A stretch of DNA of 64,000 bases, taken from contig QPMI01000582.1 of NCBI GenBank assembly GCA_004431415.1, positions 62,001 through 126,000 on the forward strand. The letters are read 5' to 3'. A model generated the notes under the pieces. It saw only the letters and a list, made by a program, of their open reading frames with translations, did not search any database and was not told the DNA's origin. Positions 38,169-49,528 of this stretch are shown piece after piece. This DNA is from Cyanophora paradoxa CCMP329. Taxonomy: Eukaryota > Plantae > Glaucophyta. Made by a program: the position numbers and the translations under genes. The number at the start of each line of letters is the position of its first letter. The stretch's first letter is position 1.

Positions 38169-39804
38169 CCCCCGGCCCCTCCTCCCCGCCCCTGCCAGAG
38201 ACCGGCCCGCCCGCCCCCTCCCCCTCCCCACCTCCCCCGCTCCCCCTCGCCGCCCCCCGAGCCCTCCCCAGCCTTTTCGCCCCCCAAGCCGGCTCGCGCT
38301 CCTTCCGCCTTCCGGCCGCTCGAGGCCGGCGCCGCGAGGCCCCCAGCCCCCCAGCCCCAAGCGTAGCCCCCCCCTTCCCCTCCCCGCCCCCTCACCCCTC
38401 CCCCCCTCCCCCGGGGGCCCAGCCCGGGCCCCCCAGCCCCCGGCCCCCCCAGGCGTTCCTATCCCGCCCCTTCTTCGCGCTTCATCCTTCTTTACCCATA
38501 CTCCCGCCCCCCACTGTACGGTGAATCGAGGTGCCACGGTGATACTGTGGCATCAAAATGCCACGCATGTGCCATTCAATGATTAGCTGTAGGGGCCCGG
38601 GGCCCGGGGCGAGCTCGAGACGAGACCGTCGGACTCCGGGACGTCGCGATCGACTTCGAGGCCCCTGAGGCCCTGAGGCCCCGACTCGCGGCGCGATTTC
38701 GAGTTCATCCTGCACTGCATACGGCAGCTGCGACTCCTCCCTGCGAGCTCGACGGGCATGGGGGGGGGACTCCGCGGGCCGAATCGAAGCTCACTGAGTC
38801 AAGCTTAGGTTCGGGACGGGCCCGTCGATGGCTCATGATCAGTCTCGAGCTGTAGCCGCGGGCTTAGCAATGGGCGCCGTAACAAATTTAAAGCCTTGGA
38901 GCATCGATATCCGGATCGATATCCTCAAGCTTAAGGGCATGTCATGATCAGATGCATATGCATGTGCCCACCATGGCATCATGGCATGCATATGATGCCG
39001 GCCACTGGCCGGGGCGCCGTATGCATATGCATGGGCCGGGCCATGCCATGATGGGGGCCGTAGCACTGCGGCAAAGACTTGGATCCGGAGTATATGTTTC
39101 AGTGTATCAGCATCTGGCCATGGATCCGATGATCCGATGATCCTCATGATCCGATGATCAATGGCATGCATATGGCATATAATGGCATGATCATGATGCC
39201 GAACTCACTGTACATGTCACCCGGGTGACCGTGGCACATCATGGCATGGTGAAAGTGTCAATCATATGCACTGCGGCATTGAAATTTGAGACGACGGTTG
39301 CCGCACTGTCATATACTATGATATGCATAGATGTAGAGTGCCACCGTGCCAGGGTTGGTTATTGCAATTGCCAGGTAGGCTTTAAATTTTGATGGGTGAT
39401 CATGATGGTCTTCGAATTCCACAGTCACCGAGCAAGCCGCTGGGCAGCTTCAATGGATTCGTGCACGTGGATCGTCGAACATGCAGCTTCATTGAACACA
39501 GAGACTCCGAGACAGAAAAAGGGTCGAGGAAGAGCGGAGAGCGGGAGATCGCGAGGGATGAGATGTCGGGAGCGGGACGCGCGGGGTCGCCATTTCGGGG
39601 ACGGGGGATGTGGCTGATCGAGAGGGGCATAGGTTGCCGAGGGCGGGCGGGGGAGAGAAGGGCGGAGGGGGAGGGGGGGGGGGGGGAGAGAGAGAGGCGC
39701 AGGTGGGGCGGCGCGGGGTACTGGTAGGGGCGGCGGGGTAGCGGGGAAAAAAGGAGGGAGACGGGGAGGGAAGCGGGGGTCGGGAAGAGGGCGGAGCCGG
39801 GCGG

Positions 39805-42800
39805 CTAGACGCCGGCGCTGCCGGCGGACTCGAGGGAGGCGCGGCGGTTGGCGGCGCCGCTGTCGCGGGAGTAGGAGGGGCGGCGGCCGTCCCGGGACTG
39901 AGTGGGGCGGAGGGCGTCGCTGGGGGCCGAGGAGAGGGTGTCGGCGAGGTCCTCCTCCTCGTCCCCCTCCTCCATCGTGCCGTGCAGGCGCCGCAGCTCG
40001 ACGACGGCGCGCCGGATGGAGACAACGAGGGCCACCCACGAGTACATCCGCTCCGCCGCCACCGACCCCTTCTCCCGCACCTGCGGGCCCCCCGGGGCGC
40101 GTGAGCTGCGGGGCGGGGCGGGGCGGGGCGGGGGTGGCGGGGGGCGGGGGACCTCCTCGGCGGTGAGGCCCTTCATCTCGGCGTCGACGCGGCGGAACTT
40201 GGCCTTCTTCTGCTTCACCGTCGGGTCGTACGCCGCGATCCTCGGCTTCAGCTCGTCGCTCACCAGCTGCCCGGCCCCCCCGCCCCGCGTCGGCCCGAGC
40301 GCGCGCGGGCGAGCGGCGGGGACGGCTGACCTGGCGGATCTTCTTCCAGTCGTCGACGTCGTGGGGCTTGAAGTCGAGGAGGTAGAAGAGGCCGCTCGGC
40401 CCCCATGTTCGCCTCCTCCACCATGAGGTACCCGAAGGCGCGGTTGCCGAGGTGGCCCCCCGTGACGGGCACGATCGTCTTGTCCGCCGCCTCCTCCCCC
40501 TTGGGGACCTTGTCCGTGAAGGCGAAGGCGACGGGGGCGTTGACGAGGCTCTTGAGGACGCCGATCGCCCCCTCGAGCACCAGCATGCTCCGCCGCCGCC
40601 GCTCGGCCCGCTCGTGCGCCGCCCCGAGGCCCTTGGCCATCGCCGCGAAGAAGTCGAGGTCCCAGGGGGTGAAGCCGGCCTTGCCGTGGTCCCCGCCCAG
40701 CCCGTCCATCGCCACCACCCCGATCACCTCCCCCTCCTTGTCCACCATCGGGAGGCACACGTAGGGCCCGTCCGCCCCGTCCGCCCCCGCCGGCCCCAGG
40801 TAGTGCACGGCCGGCTCGGCGCGCACGGAGGGGACGTGCATCGGCTGCGGGGCGGCGCCGGGCTTGACGGCCGCCGTCGCCTGCCAGGTGACCCCCGTGC
40901 CGGGGGGCACGACCTGCCCGACCAGCAGCGCGTCCTGCTCGGCCGGCCCCGCGGCGACGTACTGGAGGGCGCCGCCCTGCGCGGGGTCCACGATGGCGAC
41001 GTAGGCGGCGGTGGCGGTCGTGTGCGCGAGCAGCGCGTCGATGACGAGCTGGTGGAGGGGGTTCAGCTGCCCGTGGCCCTCGTTGTCCGCGATGTACGCC
41101 TCCAGCGCGCGCGCCGCCGCGTGCGTCGCGTCCTCCACCGCCGGCGCCAGCTGCTCCGCCAGCATCAGGATCATGTCCACCTCGCCCTCCCCGAAGGCCT
41201 CCCCGTCCTTGTACACGCTGACCGCCCCGACGCAGCCGCGGCCCTTGCCCGTGGCGTCCTTGAGGGGGACGGTCATGACGGCGCCGCGGGGCGGGCGGCC
41301 GAAGTAGGCGTTCTGCCCGGCCGCCTCGAGGTCGGGCACGAGCGTGTACTTCTCCCGCGCGATCGCGTCAAACTCCGAGGGCGGCGGCGCCGCCGCCTCC
41401 CCCTCGCCCTCCCCGGCCCCCGGCCGCCGCTGCGTCTGGCCGGCCTCCAGCCCCAGCAGCGCCTTGGCGCCCTCGTCCGCCGCGTACAGCCTGCGCCGCG
41501 CCCCGCCGGCCCGTGAGCAGGGCGGGGGCGGGTGGAGGGGCGGGGGAGGGGGCGGGGCGGGGGCGCCTGAGCTGGAAGGGGTGGTCCTGGAGGGGGACCC
41601 ACATGGCGCGCGCCGCCGGGCAGAAGGGCCGCACCACCTCCATGAACGCCGCGTACATCTGCCGCCCCGCCCCGCCCCCTCGACCCCGCCCCGCCCCGCC
41701 CCGGGGCGGGGGTCGGGGCGGGCGCGGACGGTGGCGGGGGCGGCCTTCTTCATGACGAGCTCCTTGACGGCCTGCACGGCGAGGGTGCGCGCCCCCTCGG
41801 CGTGCGCCGTCGCCAGCCCCGCCGCGCACAGCCCCAGCTGCTCCCCCAGCTGCTGCAGCCGCTGCACGTCCTCCGTCGCCAGCGCCGCCGGCGCCGCCGC
41901 CTGCTGCGTCGCGCTCGGGTGCGGCGAGACGGCCGGGAGCCGGCGGGGGCGCCGCCGGCCCCGCGGCGGCGGCCGAGGCGGGCCGGGCGAGGTTCTCCCC
42001 GCCCAGGACGCCGACGACGTCCTTGGAGCCCGGCACGCGGATGGGCGCCGCGAAGACGACCCCGCGGCGCCCGTCCGCCTCCTCCGCCTCCGCCTGCGCC
42101 GGCTTCCCCTGCGCGCCCGCCACGCCCCGTCAGCCCGCGCGAGCCGGTCGCCCCGGCGCGGCCCGCGCACGGTGTCGATGGCGGCGAAGAGCGGGGCGAG
42201 GCGGGTGGAGCCCGGGGGCTCGGCGCGGGCGACGCGGGTGCCGGGGACGTGGCGGCGTCGGCGGAGAAGACGCAGTCGAGGGCCTCCACGGGGGCGCCCT
42301 CCTCGCGGCCCGCCGGCGCCGCCTCGCAGAGGTACACGAAGCCGCCCGAGCCCTTCCCGATGCGCCGCGCCGCTTCCGTCGCCACGCTCCGCAGCTCCGC
42401 CAGCGCCGCCTCGTAGCTGCCGCCCCCCCCGTTGCGCCGGGGGCCGCGGGCCGGCGCGCGCGGGGCCGCACCTGTCGCCCGGCTTGAAGCGGGAGACGAT
42501 GGCCTGCAGCGTCTGCAGCGCCGTCTCTGCGTACCCCGCGTCAGCAGAGGCTCTGGCGAGGCGCGGCGCAGGAGCGGGGCGGCGGGGCGCGCCGACAGCC
42601 TTGATCTCGCGCTGGCGCCGCATGAACGCCTCGTCGCGCTCCCGCCGCGCCCGCTCCGCCTCCTCCTTCTCCCGCTTCCGCCGCTCCGCGAGATCGTGCC
42701 TGCGCGCCGGCGCGGGCACCCCGCCTGAGCGCCCCGCAGGCGCCGCCCCCGCCGGCATGCAGCGGCGCGCACTTCTCCTTGTCCTCGGCGGCCTTGCGGG

Positions 42801-43664
42801 CCTTCTCCTCTTCCTCGGCCTTGCGCTTCTCGGCCTCGGCCATCTGGCGCAGCTCCTCCTCGCGCCGCTCCCGCTCCTCCTCCTCCCTCTTCCGCTCCGC
42901 CTCCAGCCGCTCCTCCTCCTTGCGCCGCTCCTCCTCCTCGATGCGCAGCCGCTCCTGCCGCTCCTCCTCCGCCCGCCGCGCCAGCTCCTCCACCATCTTC
43001 TGCCGCGCCGCCCGCTCGGCTTCTTCCCGCACCCTTGCCTCCTGCGCCGGCGTCAGGCACCAGCCGGCACCCCCGGCGGGGCGGGCACGGGCGCGCCTCG
43101 GCGGCCCGCTCGTCGGCGGCCTGCTTCTCGGCCCAGGAGTGATACTTGGGCTTCGGGTTGTGCCGCATGAGGTACGCGGCTAGCCAGTGCAGAGGCTCGA
43201 AGTGTCGCTTGTCCATGTACGCGGGCGCCGACGCCGGCCGGTCCCGCTGCGGTACCTTCGACTTGATCATTCCGGGGTGGGCGCTCGTCGGACGCGCCCA
43301 GATCGGCGTCGGCTTGGCCCCTGCGGTCGGCACGATGCCCGCCCCATCCACCGTCTTCAGCAGCTGGGCTATCGCGGGCAGGAGCGTCGGGAATAGCTGC
43401 TGCTCCATGAAGGCAAGGGAGCCCGGTGGCAGGTCAGGATTCGCTGCTACAGCTGCAATCGCCGCTGCCGGAAGTGCCGCTGCCGGGGCCCAGCCAGTTA
43501 GAGTCGTTCGGGGAGCACGCGCAGGAGGGAAGGGACGCACCAAGAGCGGCCTGCACTTCGATAGCTTTTGCAGCTGAAGAGGGCCTAGAGCCCACCTGCA
43601 CGGGCGCCCCACCGCTGCTGGGCCGCGAGCTTGGGCCCGACGGCGGGCGACTGCCCGAGCTCAT
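39805..43664 (-). CDS. EFCAB5-like / axonemal-type protein: Dpy-30-like dimerisation region, E/R/K coiled coil, several GAF-like domains
   Basis: FMEQQLFPTLLPAIAQLL..FEPLHWLAAYLMRHNP; EEERRKEEE tract; GAF-like VAAGPAEQ..GTGVTW..YVCLPMVDKEGEVIGVVAMD and VMTVPLKD..VGAVSV; C-terminal IAAYDPT. Confidence 0.65.
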
Positions 43665-44479
43665 CCCGCTAGCTGCAACGCGCTTTGCTGGTCGACCACA
43701 AGGTCCCTGATTCGCACTGACTTCCCGTCCGGGGTTGTTCCGGGCCCTCCCGTTTTGCTCTCTAGCTAGCGCTGTACCCCTAGACACGGGGTGGGGTACA
43801 ACTCAAAGGCAGTTGCTCCGACTCATGTCCAAGCCGGCGCCGGCGAGCAGCAGCATACAAGTATGATACAACCCGACGAGCGGCGCGCAACACACGCGCA
43901 GCATACAAGTATGATACAACCCGACACGCGGCGCAACCCGACGAGCGGCGCGCAACACACGGCGGGCTGGGCGCCCCTCGTGGTCCAATCCCACGAACTG
44001 GAGCCCCAAAGTTGAGATCCGTCTAGCTTGTAGACGTTCTGTCTGCAGCCTGCATGTTTCTCGAAGTACAGACGGCAGCTGAGGTTTGCTCGAGGCGGTG
44101 ATTGCCGCACCATTGCATATTGGGTGCGCGCAGCATTGCGCGTCCGCTTCTCTCGCTGAGGCGGCCGACCCCGCGCCGTGCAGACTCGGGCAGACGTTTG
44201 CGACGCTTGGCGCCGAGAAGCTTGATCGAGAATTTCGAAGCTTGGCGGTCTACCTGAGGAACCACGCCTGCGATGGCCTCCGCCACCCAGAAGCCAACGT
44301 GGCTCGTGGAGAGTGCGCACGTTGCAGTTCCATCCGATGGCGCATGGCCAGGTTTGAGGCCCGGAGTTCGAGCTCGAGCTCGAGTCGCGCGCGGCCGTCG
44401 GCTGCGGCCGCGGCCGGCGCGCGCCGCGGCCCGGCCAGCTGCAGTCTACGTAGCCCTAGATCTAAATGGAAGCATCGAT

Positions 44480-45295
44480 ATGCAGGGCCGCTCTTTAGCT
44501 AATTGAAACGCACAGTGAAGTCTGATGAACTCATGATCAGTCGGCGCGCGCCCCGCAGTGAGCACGGAGGAGGAGCTCGTGGCGCACCTGAACGAGCCCG
44601 GGCTGAAGGTCGTCGAGGCGTACAGCTCCTGGTGCGGCCCCTGCCGCGCCACCGTCCAGGTCCGCCCCGCCTGCCGCCCCTCCCATGTGCACAGTGCTGG
44701 GCCAGCGCGCGCTGGCCCGCCGGCGCCCGAGCGGCGGCCGACGTGTACGCCCGGGGGCTCGCCGCGCGCAGGCGTTGAAGTCGGTGTTCTACGAGCTGGA
44801 GGCGGGCCCGCGGCTGGAGTTCCTGGTGGCGGACTCGAAGCTGGTGCGGCAGGTGCGGGAGGAGCCGGCGCTCGCCGCCTCCGCCCGCCCCACCTTCCTC
44901 TTCTTCCGCTCCCGCGCCCTCCTCGACGCCGTCCACGGCGTCGACATGGTCCGCCCCCGGCCCGCTTGGAATTGATATTTGGAGATTCGATTCGATGAGA
45001 TCTCGCTCACCCACTGACCGAGCCGCTCGTTGCTTCACGTGTGCAGCCCCTGCTGCGGCGGCTCTGCGGCGCCTACCTGCCCCGCGGCGAGGAGAAGGGC
45101 GTGCCCGCCCCGACACCGGAGGCCAGGCACCGCCTCATATGCGCACCCGCCTCATCCCCCTCGCTGGCCATGGAGCGTGAGCCGCTGGACGTGGATAGAA
45201 TTCACCGCCCTTTATGGCATCTTTTTCCGTCGTACATGTATACTTCTATAGCTAGCAATAGGACGCGGCGCCTAGGAAGTACTAATCAAGTCTAG
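44480..45295 (+). CDS. Thioredoxin-domain protein (NME8/dynein light chain-like); ends uncertain
   Basis: STEEELVAHLNEPGLKVVEAYSSWCGPCRATVQ|ALKSVFYEL..RPTFLFFR..VHGVD. Confidence 0.75.
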
Positions 45296-46010
45296 GAGTA
45301 TATCACTGAGTCATGCGTGCACGCATGCGCATGCGCGCGCATGCGCCAGCGCCTGCAGCTGCAACTAGCCTAGTAGCCGTACGCGTCGACGTCGATGTCG
45401 ACGCCAAATTTGATCCGATGATCATGCGCAGGCTGATCATGAGGCCGGTACCGGTGTGAGAAGATTTAGTGTGGGAACTTGGAACAGAAGCTCGATCAAA
45501 CCCAACGCTCGGTGGAAGGGTGGCACAGGAGGACCCGGGAACAGTGGAACACCGGTTCGCGGGTACACGAAATCAGCCAACCAAGCGCTCGTCCTACGTT
45601 AGCATGGACCGATAGCGATGATTACAGCTTCCGAGAGACTGCAGCGTGCCCAGGTGCGCGTGCCCACACAAGCCGTCCAGTTCCCGAGTCTTGATGAGTA
45701 GACGCTGTGCGCTTAGCACCAGGAGGAGAAGGTGTGGCGGCAACTGGAATTAGCTCGTAAGGAGGTGGAGCGCACTTTCAAGGTCCGTGGCCGCCCTGGG
45801 TCGTGCCAGCGTTGTAAGGAGACAGCCCTTCAATGGGAGACTAGCGGGACACATCGCAGCATAGATCACTTGTTGCGTAGCACGGATCGCGTGTAGGTTG
45901 CCCGGGCGGGACGGGCCCGATCTGACACACGAGCAACGCAGGATGCAAAGGCCCCGGCACACCCGGCGCACCAGCCGCCGCAAGCGCACGCCAGCCAGCT
46001 CGCATCGCTC

Positions 46011-47757
46011 ATGACCGTGTCCTCCGCACCGGTAGCCTCGGGCTCTGCCCCCGCCCCCAAGGCGTCAGATGTGTTCGCCATCGCGCGGAGCCGGGCGCCG
46101 GCGGAGGGCCACCGGCGGTCTCCCTTCAACAGGACGAACAGCGCGGGGAACGGGCGCACCTCGCCGGCCGAGCGCCCGCACGGGGACCACGCGGCGGCGG
46201 GCTACGGGTCCGACGAGGGCGGGCACGGCGCCGTCAGCGGGGGCGAGGGCCCCTCCCACGCCTTCTCCGGCGCCCGCTCCGCGTCTCCGCGCGTCACCGC
46301 GGGGCCGGCGCCGGGCCCCGATCAGTTTTCCTTTGTTTCCCGCGCCCCGATCGGGGCGCGCCTCCCGCGGCCGTCCTCCTCGAAGAACCTGCCGGCGCCG
46401 CCGCCGCGCGAGGCGGCGGGGTACGAGCACGAGGAGGGCCCCGGCCCGCCGCGGCAGCCCGCCTCGCGCACCCCCTCCTTCCGCGCCATCCGGGCCTCCC
46501 CCTCGCCCCCGAGTCGGGCCCGGGGCGCCCCCGACCCGGCGTCCCTGCTGCCGCCCAGGCGGGCCGCGGCGGCGGGAGGGGTCGGGGGCGACGACGCCGC
46601 CGGGCCGGGGGGCGGGCGGCGGGGCGGCCCCCGTCGGGGGCGGCGTCGGCGCGGATGACCCTCGTGGAGCGCATCGCCTCCCTCAAGGAGGCCGCCCTCG
46701 CCAACGCCGCCGCCGCCGCCCCGCCCTCCCTCCCCCTCCTCCTCCTCCTCCTCCCTCTCCTCCCCTCCCCGCCATCCCTCCTTCTCCGGCCCGGCGCCCT
46801 ACCCCGGCCTCCCCGCCCCGACCTCCCCGGCCCCTCCCCGCACTCCGCGCCCACCGCCGTCGCCGCGGCCGTCGCAGCGGCGGCGGCAGCAGCGGCGGCG
46901 GCGGCGGCAGCAGGGAGGGGCGGGGGGCGCGGGGCCCGGGGGCGGGAGAAGGACGAGGGGCGATCCGGGCGGCGATGCTGGAGGCGAGCCTGGAGCTGGA
47001 CCTCGCGGACAGCCTCGACCGCATCGCCCTCGAGGAGCTCCTCAAGTCCCGCGACCGCCGCCTCGCCGCCGCCCCGCGCCCCACCCCCGCCCCGGGCCGG
47101 GCCCGCCCCGGGCCACCCGCCCATCGCCCACCGCCCCGACCCCGCCGGCGAGCGCCCCGCCTCGCCGCTGCGGCCCTGGTCCCCGGGGGGCCGCGGAGCC
47201 GCCCCTCTCGCCCCGCCTCGGGGCCTGGGGCGACAGCGAGGTGGACCCGCTCGAGCCGGCGCCCCCGCCCCGCCCGCACGGAGCCGGCGCGGCCGCGGAG
47301 GGAGCCGGCGGGGCGCCCTACTCGGACGTGGCGAGCGCGGCGGCGGCGGCGGCGGCGGCGACCGCGGCGTCGGCGTCGGCGGCGGGCGGCAGGCGGAGGA
47401 GCGCGACCTGCGGGAGCGGAGGCGGGCCAAGAGGCGCCTCGGCAGCGCCCGCCTTCGCGCCCAGGCCGAGCGCGACGCCGCGCTCGGCTCCCCCGGCCGG
47501 GCCGAGGACGGCGCGGCGGCGGCGCAGGGCAGGGGAGGGCGCCGGCGCTGCCGCCCGTCCCCTCGCGGCGAAGCTCCGTCGCCTCGTCGGCGCGGAGCGC
47601 GGCGTCGGCAGCCAGCGCCCCCGCCCGCTCCCCGCACGGTCTCGGCGCCGCCCCGCGCTCCCCGCACGCCCCGCCCTCCCGGCCCCCGCCCCACGCCGTC
47701 GGCCCGCCCCGGCCGCGCCGCTCCGTCCGCCCCGGGCAGGGGGAGGAGGATGAGTAG
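46011..47757 (+). CDS. Low-complexity Ser/Pro/Ala/Arg-rich hypothetical protein, with apparent frameshifts
   Basis: Host-like GC3 codon usage in segments (DVFAIARSR, TLVERIASLKEAALANA, MLEASLELDLADSLDRIALEELLK); no recognisable domain. Confidence 0.4.
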
Positions 47758-47835
47758 TGGTAGCTGCAGGGGGCGAGGCGCGTAGGGCGCGGAGGCGGCT
47801 CGCCGCTCGTCAGTTTTGCCTTCTCGAGCTTTGCT

Positions 47836-49208
47836 TCACTTCGCAAGAGTACTCGGGGGCGGGTCGTCGGGCGCGTCGGGGGCTTCCAAGGCGAGGCGCT
47901 CGCCCCCGCCGGGGGCCCGCCCGGGGCGCTTGAAGGCGAGCCCGCAGCACTGCAGGCCGAAGAGGGGCCACGCCGAGGCCCGCCGCGCCCGCTCCTCCAG
48001 CGTCCGCGCAGCCTCCTCCTCCCCCCCGCCCTCCCCAAAGCCGTACACGAAGTCGCCGAAGATGGGGTACCCCTCGTGCGAGAGCTGCGCCCGGATCTGG
48101 TGCCTGCGGCGTTGCCCGTCAGGCGGCGGAGGGACGGCGCAGGGCGGGGCGGGGCGCGCGTTCGGCCCGTGCCGAGCTCGATCTCGATTTCGAAGAGGGG
48201 CCGCTCGAGCTCGCCGCCGCCGCGGTTGGCCCAGGATGCGGCGGCCTCGGCGGCGGGGCGGCCCCAGCGGCGGGCGACCTCGCCGGGGAGCACGCGGCGG
48301 GAGGCGAGGACGGTCAGGTGGCAGGGGAGCCAGCCCGAGCGGGGCGCCCGCGCCACCCGCTTCGGCGCCCGCGGGCACTCCTCCATCCAGTGCTCCATCG
48401 GCCCCAGGGGGGGACCCTCCGCCCCCGCACTCGCCCCCGCCCCGCCCTCCCCGCCGGCGCGATCAGCCGGGCCCGGGGAGCCCGAGGCCTCCTCGTCCGC
48501 CGGCGTCTCCGGCGCCTCGGCGGCCTCCCCGGGCTCCGGCCCGCACCCTCTGCTGCGGGCGGGTCCGCCTGCCTCTCGCCGCGCACCGCCAGGACCCTGT
48601 ACCGCTTCCGCACCTGCCGCCGGGCCGGCGGTCGGCGCGGGGCGGGGCGGGGCGGGGCGGGGCGGGGCGGGGCGGGGCGGGGGCGCCTTGTGCTTGCGGA
48701 GGAGGAGGTTGAAGCGGGAGAGGAAGTCGCGGGTGCGGGCGAGGACGAGCAGGCCCCGCGTCGGCTGGTCCAGCCGGCTCGTCACGAAGACCGCCTCGCC
48801 GAGCACGGCCGCGACCTGCTCGCACACGTTCTCCCGCGCGTTGTCCGAGTTCGCGTGGCACGGCACGCCCGGCGGCTTGTCCACGACCACGAAGCCCTCC
48901 TCCGCGTGCACGATCGCCGCCCGCCAGTCCACGCGCCCCACGGGGAAGCGCTGCGACGATGCCGATCAGCCGCGGCGCGGACCGCGCTCGCTCGCCCGCG
49001 CTCGCGTGCTGCCGCTCGCCTTCGGGTTGAGGTGCGCTCGCACGTACACCTTCGCCTCGACCTCTCGCTCGGCGTCCTGAGAAGCGAGCCGCTCCTTCCC
49101 CCGCAGCCAGACCGCTCCGAAGTCGATCAGCCACCGCATGCGCTCCTCGGAGACGCCGACCGCATCCGCGATCACCGCCGCCGCGGGCCCCGCGCGGAGA
49201 GTCTCCAC
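47836..49208 (-). CDS. RluA-family pseudouridine synthase (start uncertain)
   Basis: RAHLNPK|RFP, VVVDKPPGVP, catalytic SRLDQPTRGLLVLA, IELGTGRT|HQIRAQLSHEGYPIFGDFVYG. Confidence 0.9.
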
Positions 49209-49528
49209 ATGCCTGATGTCCGCCGCGTTCTCTGATTCCTCCAGCGTTCGGCGCCGCGCTTAGCTAAGAGAACGTTAACACTGGGCCTCCAGCTCGTTGG
49301 CTAGCGCCGTCTATAGCTAGCTGCCTAGAAGCTGGCGATTGTATACCTTGCCGACGGGATTCGAACTGCGGTCAGCCTCGCCCAAGAAGTCGCCGCCTCG
49401 CCCGAACTGCTGTCAGCCTCGCTCAAGAGCCGCCAGACTCGCCAGCTAACAGGCTAAACGCACACGTAGTGACTGGGCTACGCAGCCGCAGCGCAGCCGC
49501 AGCGCAGCCGAATCCACAGCGAGTCGAG

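Noticed and set aside
45455-45670. TG...CA-bounded segment resembling a solo LTR
   Set aside because: The flanks do not form a matching TSD and there is no second copy in the window.
49345-49425. GTTCGAATCC (tRNA T-loop/B-box-like) on the minus strand
   Set aside because: The T-stem does not pair and there is no cloverleaf; it is part of a short ~20-nt direct repeat.
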